Origin: Monocercomonoides exilis PA203
Lineage: Eukaryota > Protista > Preaxostyla
Length of the DNA: 64,000 nucleotides
Assembly (NCBI GenBank): GCA_001643675.2
Contig: LSRY02000009.1
Location: forward strand, 186,001-250,000
Direction: 5' to 3'
The notes beneath the pieces were generated by a model that worked only from the letters and a program-made list of their open reading frames with translations, was not told the origin of the DNA and did not search any database. Both the position numbers and the translations under genes were made by a program. Shown in pieces: positions 42,301-52,958 of this stretch (positions are counted from its first letter, which is position 1; every line of letters begins with the position of its first letter).

Positions 42301-44982
42301 ACGGACAACATGTCCACGAGATGGACGATACAGTAGAAGAGGGGAGCACCGTCGCTCATTCCAACATTGAGAGCATTAGAAAAGAAACTGAACAGCCTGG
42401 ACATTTCAATACAGACGGAACATCTCCCGGGAGAGCAGAACACGGAAGCAGATGCACTCAGCCGGATAGCGAGAAAGTCGGACTATGCACTGAGAGGGGA
42501 GAAGGTCGCAGAGATATAGAAAATAGTCGCACCGAGAACATTAGATAGAATTTTAGACCTGATTGCTCCTGTGCCCTGCAGAGCTATTTGTTAACTATCT
42601 TCTCTAAAAAGGAAGAGAAAAATAGAAATATTTAAGAAACGAGATTGTGCAAGTCCGTTATTGAGAAATATCGGATTGACTTCAAAAGAGATGAGAAATG
42701 ATGACGAGAAGTTACCCCCAAAGTAAAGAATAAGCCTTATGCAGCGGGGAAAATATACCATGAAGGGAACTTTTTCAAACATGAGGAGAAGACGTTGGAG
42801 TGAAGGATATATCAGCAGCAATACTGAAAAATCAAAAGAGTGAAAGGGATCCGTGGAGAGCGCTGCGAATATTTTTACAAAATTTGGATAGAGAAGGTAT
42901 AGATGATACTGACACCTTCAAAGAAAAAGATATCAAGTGAATTATGGCAAGATTTGTTGAGAACCTATCTAATACGAATCTTTCAAGTGGAGTGATTCAT
43001 CAGAAGATTGATGTGAAAAATACAGATATATTTTTGTAACTTATGTGGGCGAGAAGCCGAGAAGGGCAAATGATGCAAACAAATGTGGGATTTTGCAATT
43101 ATTGATTATGGGGAAGAAGCCACAAAGAATTCCATAGGCCCACAAATACTCCAGAGAAGAGCCCGCATCCTCACATTGATGTTTGGAGCGTAAAGACCAG
43201 CGGAGCTGGAGAGAACGGGGATGGAATGTTCAACGCCTTGAAATAATACAGTACTGACACAGGTTCATGCAAAGATGTCAGGAGGGGAGACTATTAAGTT
43301 CGTAATTAATAATTGTTTTTGCCCACGTATCGATGCTGTTTTGGCTCTCCAACGATGAATTAATTAGACAAGGACGAGTTTTAGAGATGAACTCGCGTTC
43401 GATGATGTTAGAGAAAAGCAATCGACAATTTGGCAAAGAATAGAAGAAGAGTTTGTGGCTATAATGAGAGAGAACGAATACCAGACATATTTTCTGTGTT
43501 CTCGATCAGATATTCAGTGATATCGCACTTAGCAAAACGAGAGAGAGTAGATTAGAAAGCAATCAATACGTGCGCGAGATGTGCTCCAGGTTTAAGATTT
43601 GCCCAGGAATATCACACCGCTTTGCATGTACAAAAGACGAAATAAATCCTGGAGATGATCGGAGGCCCAGTCCCCCTTGCTGAAAAGGGAGACAAGTCGG
43701 AGAAGGATAACGGAAGAAAGAATATAATCAACGAGAATACCGAATCTGGAGCAAAGGAGTATCCTGAAAAAACATCATAACTGGGGGGAGAAGTGGAGAT
43801 AAGCAAGAGAAAGAGATCGAAGAGACGAAGGCCAATTCGAGAGATGAGTTCGCAGTTCGAGAGCGATATAACACAACCCCCCAAAGGTGATGAGACATCC
43901 CCCATAATTCCCCGCAGCATTGTGGATCTGACGGAGGGCAGATACACCGTCTGACAAAAAAAGCTGGGTACTGATCGGAGGAAACGCGGAGAGAGGAGCA
44001 TAGGACAAATTATCAGTACCGCAGAAACGTCTAAGACCCGATTAAGAACACCTCGGAAACACCCCAAGAAAGGGAGGGAGAAGAGACAGGGGATGCACCT
44101 TTATCCGCAGGCCCTCCAAACATCCGCTGCACGATATTGTGCAAGGCAGGAGGGTTTAAGATCATTTCAAAAAACAAATATAAATTAATAAAAATTAGCA
44201 TTAAAATATCAAAAATGGGTTTTTAAGACTCATTATTGAGGAGCAAACCTGCTCCTTGCGTTCCTTGATTCGCTCTATTGCGAATTGATAGAACGCAGTG
44301 AGACAGGTTTGCTCCGAGATAATACGAATGCGGATGGAGAGAAGATAGGCAGCTGCGTGCGAATGTGAACCAGAAGTTTGTGGAGAAACGACGAGTAAAA
44401 AGGCGAGGCATCAGAGGAAATAGGAAAAGAGAAATCTCCCAGAAAGATTTAGCGTATCAATAACCTGGACAGATACAAATGGAATGAAGAAGCAATTTTC
44501 AATCATAAGCCAACTCCAATATTTTGTGTGAATGATTTGTGCTGAGAGGAATTTGTTCGTTTATTTGCAGTGTGTGATGAACGGACTCACTCTGCAAAAG
44601 CGGCAGAAGAGCGGGAGGCAGAGCACTGCATAAGCAGTTTTCTTTTCCACGCCTCGCGGAAGCAAGAGCGGTTTTTCTTTCTGTTCCGAACAGAACACTC
44701 GCCTCACCGAATCCCTGCACAACCTGCAGGAGATAGCTCCGAGGGGCAATGTCCCCTGCCCTCTTGTCTTCGTGATCAAGGCGAAAAGGCGAAGTCGGTG
44801 GTGAAGTGAAGCGGACAATTCATAGAACACTATTTTTTGTATAAATGTTATTGCCTATATTTTCACATCGCACTTTTTACCACGTCATATTTTGGAGAGC
44901 GAAGTTCTCACTTTAATTACCCACAAATCGTAATTAATACTCATAATCTTGGAGCAAACCTGTCTCACTACGTTCTATCAAT
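39385..44982 (+). mobile_element. DIRS1-type tyrosine-recombinase retrotransposon (decayed, termini intact)
   Basis: Imperfect ITRs 39420-39483 / 44899-44962. ICR at ~44228-44323 is complementary to both outer ends. RT fragments WFNPTFIFRKK, FLRNLGWILSE, KFLGWLWNS (41507-41790). RNase H VLTTDASELRWGAVL, INEKEY, KTDN, ADALSR (42085-42480). Recombinase box I LMFGA*RPAEL (~43175) and box II FSIRYSVISHL..ARCAPG..QEYH (43500-43615). Confidence 0.9.
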
Positions 44983-45119
44983 ATTCAGAATATTAAATAT
45001 TTTTTTTTGTTCAAAACAGATTATTTTTTGAATTGACTTTAAAGATTTTTTCGTTGTGTTAATAATAATTTCTTTCATATAAAATAAACTGCAAAGGAAA
45101 AGATTTCGATATGGTGCAT

Positions 45120-45332
45120 ATATGGCTATCCTATTTGAAATCATGCATTCGTTAGAGTTTTGATCAAAAATTTTATCTCAATGGTATTTTTGTGTAAATA
45201 ATGTTTCTGCAATAACGACATCATGAACAATATTTGATTTCTGTTTAAGTTCAATTTCATTTAATCCCATTGAGATAAAATTTTTAATCAAAACTCGAAC
45301 GAAAGCATGATTTCAAAAAAGATCAGCCATAT
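45120..45332. repeat. Small hairpin/MITE-like inverted repeat (~65-bp arms, ~82-bp spacer)
   Basis: 45120-45184 (ATATGGCT...TTTTATCTCAATGG) is an imperfect reverse complement of 45267-45332 (CCATTGAGATAAAA...AGCCATAT). Confidence 0.8.
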
Positions 45333-46813
45333 TATTTTGACTTCAAAAATTTATCTCAACCCTTTTTTCTGCAATTTTCTGAAACCTTTTTTCTTGCTGA
45401 GCTAATGTTTGAAATAAAAAACAAATAAATAAACTTATTTATCATTATTGTTTAGAACTTTCTGTTCTTTAATATTTTTGATAATTTTTTGTTCATGAAA
45501 ATAGTTATTATTTTTTTTATTTCAGTACCCAGATCAAAGACTTGCTGGCCATGAAGTGAATGATTAATACAAAACGTTTAAAGCCAAAGCTTCATAATTC
45601 CACATTCGTATATTATTGTTTTTGCTTGTTTTTAACTTTTTCAATAAAATTTTTGAAATTTTTTTCTCATTTCATTGTTTTTGCATAAAACACGATTATC
45701 GGAATAAATATGAATTCGTGTGAATTTTTAAGCACATAAAAAAATAAAAACAAGGTGTTATTTATTTTAAATTTTTGTTTAATTTCGAAATTGAAAAAAA
45801 AAGGAACAAGAATTTTAATCGAAATTGAAGAACATATGGGACAAAATATTTGACTTCTTGCATTTTCACAGAAAAATTATGCACTTTTGATGTAATTTTT
45901 GTTATCCAAATTTTTATTTAAAAAAAAATTCATTTTTAGAAAAACGTTTGATATCACAAAACACAATAAAATTATATCAATTTTGTTTATATTCGGATAC
46001 GAAAATCAAAATTATTTTGAAATCTGAGAAAGAGAAATAAAGTTACAAGGGAAACTATTATTTCATTCTTTGTGCAAAAAAAGCTTGAAAGTCTAAATGG
46101 GTGATAATTTTTGAAATCATGACTTTTTTCGAGGTGTTAGTATTTAAAAGGTTTTATTAATTTGGAGAGGAATTATTCATTCAAAAGAAAAAAATCTTTA
46201 CAATTGTTTTTATAAACTACGTTTGAGAATATGTAAAGAAAAAATTAACTTTGAAAGGAGTTATAACTTAACAGTGTTCACTTAACAGTATTCAAAGCGG
46301 ATTCAAAAACCGAAAATATTGAAAGAAAAATTGTGAAGTCAAAAATTAGCCCCCATATTTTCCCTCATATGAAAATTTTGATCAAAAAACTGTTCACCAA
46401 GTACAAACGTTTTGTTATTTTTTCTTTGGATATCATTTTATTATAAATTAGTTTTTGTTTCATTTCATTAAATTTCAAAACAAAAGATCATTTATTTGTA
46501 AATCAAATTTTTTTTCAAATGGGACAAAATTCTTGCTTTTTTGAAAAAAACAAATATTCGTTCCAAACTTTTTCTGCTTTCATATCATAACAAGTCAAAC
46601 ATTCTCATACAAAAATGTTTAGAAAGATAAAAAAATGAGTCATTTATTCGGAAAATCTGAATGGAACAAAATTCATAAAGCAAAAAATATCGTCCCAAAT
46701 ATGAAATTAACAAAAAATTTTTCAGAATAATAAGATGATTATACAACAAACTGTTCTGGTTATATTGAATTTTTAACAAGCATGAGTGCAGCTTCTGACA
46801 TAGAAAAAAAGAA

Positions 46814-47282
46814 GGTAAATGTATATTATAGGGGAAATTGAATTTTTCAAATTTTTTATTATTAACGGACATAAAATAGTATAAGAATCATTTATAAATT
46901 AATTAAAATTTGAGATCATCTAATTTTTTGATAAATAATAATCAATGATTCTTAATATTTATGGGATAGATCAATAAATTTTCATGTTATTTTTGAGTGC
47001 TAACCCTAAAAAGAAGAACGGGAATAAACCCTAAACCCAAGATTTGTTACGCTAACCCTAGAACCTAAACTAATCTATTAATGTTGAGATTATTTATGAA
47101 TTTTAACCCAAATTATAAAAAAAATACTGGGTTAGATCAAAATGTTTTGATAGAAAATAAGAAATTTTTATGATTGATGATCTTAAATTTTAATTAATTT
47201 ATAAATGATTCTTATACTGTTTTATGTCCGTTTATAATAAAAAATTTGAAAAATTCGTGTTCCCCTATCATCTCCTTTTACC
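46814..47282. mobile_element. Merlin-related MITE, 469 bp, ~105-bp TIRs, 8-bp TSD AAAAAGAA
   Basis: Arms 46814-~46920 and ~47176-47282 are inverted copies. TSD at 46806-46813 and 47283-47290. Termini GGTAAATGTATATTATAGGGGAA and (reverse complement) GGTAAAAGGAGATGATAGGGGAAC resemble the Merlin TIR at 36162. Confidence 0.8.
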
Positions 47283-47801
47283 AAAAAGAAAAGGCCCTTG
47301 ATAAAAAAAAAGGTCAACATAAAATCATAACCCTAATCATCCATTGTCGTAACAATTTCCATTTTTTGTTCTGGTGATAGTCAATTGATTTTTTGAGAAT
47401 TCGAATTTTGGTGGAAAATTTGAGATTGAAAAGGATATTTTTCTAATTTTTTTGGAAAGAAATGCAAGAAGCTTTTAATGGTGATCTCCGACACTCATCA
47501 TTTATTCCATTTTTGAATTATTTATGCAAAAAGAAATATGATATGTTCTGTTTTTATAAATTGAAATTCAACCATTTCCGTTAATAATTTTTTTTTCTAA
47601 TTTTTGCTAGAATGAAAATTAATTTTTTGCAGACATTATTTGAATTTTTCCATTTTTTGTTTTTTCATCTTATAAACATATAGAGAGTGAACTTGGAAAT
47701 AAAATATTGCAAAAAGTAATTTTCTGTTTGATCGAGTATGGAATTTGTCATTTTATTTCTACAATTTCATTCTTTTGAAACAATTTGTCAATCATTTCAG
47801 C

Positions 47802-48653
47802 ATGAAAGCCACTTCTTTCAAATCACATCAAGTTATACTTACAGCTTTGATAGGAGCAAGCTCTATCATTGCTTTTATTTCTTTTATTTTGATTCATCAT
47901 TTTCTTGATCAAACAAAACTATCTGCGCAATCTCTAGAGCAGTGGGAAAAAAAGATTGCTCTTTTGAGAGCTTATGTTATAAATTTGGAACGAAGACCTG
48001 ATTGAAAAAGTTATATGGATTCTCAATTGAAAAATGCGCAACTTCAATACGAATTCTTTCCAGCAATTGATGGAAAACTTCTGAATTCATCTGACTGCAC
48101 AAATGAAAAGCTCACATTTTTAAGTGGAGTACATCCTCGCACGAAATTCAATTTTACAAACGCTTGCTTATCTTTGGGTCCGTATTTCAAGCAATATGGA
48201 ACTGTTGGTTGCTGGCAAAGTCATCTTCAAATATATTTTAACATCGTTGAAAGAGCAAATCAAACTGGAGTGGATGAGCCCGTTCTTGTTCTCGAAGATG
48301 ATGCGACTGTTCCTTCAAATTTGACGCAAATTCTTCTTCATTTTATGCCTCAACTCCCAGATGATTGGGATGGATTTTTCTTGGGAAGGCATCGTCATAA
48401 CTGTTCCGTTAATGTTTCAAAAGACTTGTGCAAACTTGATTTTTTCTTAGGCACTCACGCTTATGTTTTGAACGGAGCAAATGCAGCAGAAAAGATTATT
48501 AGTATATCGAACACTGAAATGATGCAAACAGCAGATGTTGCTTGGCTGTCATATACTGGAGGATTATTACATTTCTATACTGTGAGTGGAGATCAGATCG
48601 TTAAGCAAGACGATGAAGTTAGGAAGATCAGTGATGTTTTGTTTTATGGATAG
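47802..48653 (+). pseudogene. Glycosyltransferase family 25 (type II membrane) with one in-frame TGA at 48003-48005
   Basis: N-terminal TM anchor, then AYVINLERRPD*KSYM, FFPAIDG, GTVGCWQSH, LVLEDDA and GTHAYVL. ORFs 47745 and 48015 share a frame and no intron spans the stop. Confidence 0.82.
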
Positions 48654-51600
48654 TCAACACTATAAAATATTTCCTTGAAATTTCTTTTCCACTTCAAAAG
48701 ATGAAAGTAATGTTTTTATTGGTCTTTTTATTTGGAGAACGGTAGGTTTGAAAACAGACATACTTTTCATTATTATTTCGAATTACAATAGTAATTTTCC
48801 AATTTTGGAGAAAATTTTTATTCTTTTATATGTATGTTTATATCCTTTGTGTTTCCAATGATCCATTTTGAAATTCAATGAATCAATCTTATTTCTCATT
48901 TCATCACTTTTTCTGTTTTATTTAAGTTGTTCATTGAACACAAGCAATGATTTTTTAAAAATGTTTGATCTTTTCAAAATTTTGCATGTCATGAGTGTTA
49001 GCATAGCTTTGAAATTTTGAAAATGAACAAAGTCTTTTATGCATTCATAGTTCATTTCTTGTAAATGCTTTTTATTAAATAAAGTGTTCAATTCTCCAAT
49101 AAAAGTTCGTTCAAACTGAAAAACAACTTGATAAAACAACAAACACAAACAATTCCGTTGTGTTGTTAATGCAAATTGGTTGATAAATATGTATTCTTTG
49201 AAGTTCATTTCAAAGAAAATAACATTCATTTCAAATAATTGCTTTCAAACCATTATAATATTGAATTAGTTAACTTAATAGAATACTCAATCAATCCTGT
49301 CTTTAAAGTCAAATTGAGACGTATTTGAACGTTATCAATTGATTGCAAAGATGTTATTGCATTCTCTTTTTAATTTCAACAATTTCAAATTCAGTTCAAG
49401 AAAAATAACAGCATTTTTTTAAAAAAACATGATGATGTTGAACATTCCGCAAATTTTTTAAAAAATAAATATGTTTATTTACCAACTGAAATATTTTTTT
49501 TTTTTTTTGTATTAGCTTCCATTGGTTTTCTCCCCACCATATTTTCAATTTGGCAATTGGTTTTCATTTCCAAGATGAATGCAAGTGGAATTCATTACTA
49601 AGACTCCGGTGTCTTTTTTTTCAAAAAAAGGAGAATTTGAAGATTATGATGCAACAATATCAAAAACGTGCAGGTTTTTTTTTCTTTTTTTTTTTTCTTT
49701 TTCTTCTTCTTCTTCTTCCTTTTTTTTTGTGCGTGTGTGTGTGTTATAATTATAAAAAATATTAACGATGATTGCTATTTCGAAGCAGAGCAGTTTCAGG
49801 ATTCAATGAAAATGAAAATAGAAGGTGGGTTTTCTCTTTATCTGTGCTGAATGTTGAGTTCATTCATCAGGTGAAACTGGGAATTTGTGCTGGATGAAGA
49901 AATTGGAAAGGAAATTGGAGATGATATTTTTTGACGAAAAAAAGGATATTTTTCAATGATGAGAAAGATGGATTTGAACAGGAAACATAAATTCCACACT
50001 TTTCAGAAGAGCCAGAAATAGATGGGTTGGAGGCGAAAAGGCTGTTGGAAAGGATATTTGTTGTGTCTGTTGAAAAATCATTGAAAATTAAAGAATAATA
50101 GGTTATACTTGAGGGAAATGAACATTGCTTTCTCAACGAAGATTATAAATGGCTTAATCATTGATAATGAAGGTTTGTTTTTAATTTTATAATATTTTTA
50201 AATCGTTATTTTCTTCATTCAGTTTACAGAAAGAAAGACTAAAAAAACAGCACTTATATGGAAGAAAAGAACTGAAAAATTGAGCTGAAGATAAAGTGAA
50301 GAAGATCTGAAGAAAGAGATATTTTTTGATGATGTTTTGAGTTGTGATTTATATCAAAAATTGTTTTATTATCTGAGGATTGAATGTTGATCGAAAGTGA
50401 AAAAAAAATGATGAAAAGAAGAAAATGAAAGTGAATTGACAATTGTGATTCATGTCCAACTTTTTGTTGATGAAAGAGAGAGGGTTGAACTTTATATATA
50501 TGATGGATTTGGAAGATCCTGTTCGCATTTAAAAAGATGAGCTTGAAAGAAGTTTTCAAGAAAAATCTGTTTTCAGTGAGCCTCTCCATTGTTTGATATG
50601 TTTCTCTTTGAAAATTTCTCTATCTTCAATCATCTCTTTCAATTCGCCGTCGTATCCTTCTTCTTCTTCTTCTTTCCCTCAAATAAATACTTCTCGATCA
50701 TTCGCACATTCGCACAGCATCGATCTGCATTTCAACAATTGTGATTCTTCTTCATTTCTTCAACGCCTTCTTAAATGATCAATAAAAAAAAAGTTGATTT
50801 TTTCATTTCATTCAACAACCATCAGAATCGACGCAGGTTTCGTCTTCAGCATCAATTTGCAAATGCAAAAAGAAATATTCATTCAAACATGGAATTTCAT
50901 CCAGAAATCACATTTCAATGAAACTGAACATTATTTTGCCAAGAAAAGTCTATCAAATGGAGTTAAATATAAAAGGAGGATGATTTTTCCATATTCATTT
51001 GAAAGGTGCAAGAGGCACAGATGAAAAGAATATATTATTGAAGCAATTCTTGGAATGTTCAAATGATTGATTTGATGTTCTTCAGATTTTCAAACACCAA
51101 ATATATTCAACAATCAATCAAAGATAAAACGAAGGGAAAGCTTTTTTGTGAAAAATACATTTTTGTTGGAAAATTCTACGAAACAGCAGAATATGAGGCA
51201 GACAAGTGATGATTAATCCGTTAGAAGTGTTTAAGTGGTAATTTCTTCTAATTTGTGTTCCATGTTCTCAATAATCTTCGATTTTACCATATCGCGCACA
51301 AATTCGCAAACAAATCAACAAATGAAATTATATCAGCCTTATGATATGCACCTTCTTCAGAAACTGTGCCTCATTGTGCACTCTCAAGATATAGCCATCT
51401 CCAGTTCACAATATTTCATCTCCACTCCAGATGTTCCATCACCATCCATCTTGTCGGGAAAGCAATCGGAGAAAAACAAAACAAAGCAACGTTCCGACAG
51501 CTTAATGCTTCTGTTCTATCGCGTCCAAAAATCTTATTTGTCTATTCGAGTGACACATCCATCTTCACTCACCCTTTCTCCAATTTAATTGTTTTCTGAA

Positions 51601-52958
51601 CAATTTCAATCAGATTCTCTGTGTAATTCACGAAGAAAAGAAAGCACCTTATTTCAACTGCACTGAGCGTGCGATAGCCAGAAAGAAAAAGAAAAAGAAA
51701 AAGAGAGAGAGAGAAGAGAAGATGAAATTATTTAAAGAAAGAAGAAAAGAAAATGTGGAATAAGAGAAATGAAAAGAAGTGTTGCTTGTGAAGTGGCGAA
51801 AAAGATAAGAAAAAGAAAAAGAAAAAAGCCTTTGTCGAAGAAGTTGAAAATGTTTTTGAGGTTTAATAGTTCGTGTTCTGAATAAATGTGATTTTGCAAG
51901 GATGCGATGGAAGAGATTTGAAGAAGAAGAAGACAGTATTTGATTAATTCAGATATAAAGCCCGATTCTTTTTTTGAGAATTTGATTTTCCATTAATAAT
52001 ACAAAATTAATTAATATGGAAACATTTTTTTGAAGGCTTTCAACCCTTTGCAGCAAATCTGAAATCAAATAATTTCAATTGGAGACTTTTGCTTAACTAT
52101 TTCTGGCAATAAGAAACAAGCTATTTGAAAAAATAATGAAAGAGTACTTAATAAAATATACATCCATAATTAGAAGCAGGGAATTCGTATTCAAAATGTG
52201 GATTCAAATTACTGGGCTTCAAAAAATGAGAATTCAATTAATTAATTTCAATATTCAAAAATAGTTGGATTTAAAAGGTGTTTGTAATTTTCAATGCAGC
52301 TAAAAAAAAATAAAAATAAAATTTAAAATAATAATAATAATAAAATATCCTCATTCAACTAAATGTGGTTAGCACGATGACAAGCAGCCCAAGTGAATAA
52401 CTATTGATCAATCAAGCAAATGGAAAGTGAGACAAGTGAAATGCAAGATTGAAAAAGAAACGAATCAAAAAAGTTGAGAAAATTTAGAAACTAAAGCAAA
52501 GGATAAAATTGAACAAAGATATTACAGTTGGAAAAAACTTATTCTTCAAAAAAAGGTTCAAAAGTGAAATGTTCAGTTGCACATTTCCTGCTGGAAAAAG
52601 ATACAAAAGAAGCAAATAAAAATAAGAATAATAAGTATTGTGAAATGAATTTTGATAGTTTTGTGAAAATTTAAAGAATAAAAGCAATGGCAACAATAGG
52701 CAACTTATCACAACGAAAAAGTTGTTTCAACTCCTCTCTTTTGGAAGATACATCAAAAAGTTCAATTGGGAGAATCTTCATTTCGCAAATGAACTTATTT
52801 TCAAGGAGCAAAACAATTCCATCAGTGCTTTAATCAGTTGAAAGTTCTTTCATGTTATTATTCTTTCTGATTTCTGAGCATAAACCTCCCCTCCCTCTCA
52901 TCTTCCTTTGTTTTCTGAAGAAAGCACAATGATATTATCTGTCCTGCTCAATGCCCTT

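Noticed and set aside
49860-51300. Minus-strand fragments (e.g. EEGYDGELKEMIEDREIF) hinting at another decayed family gene
   Set aside because: Too fragmentary to define boundaries or family; needs TBLASTX.
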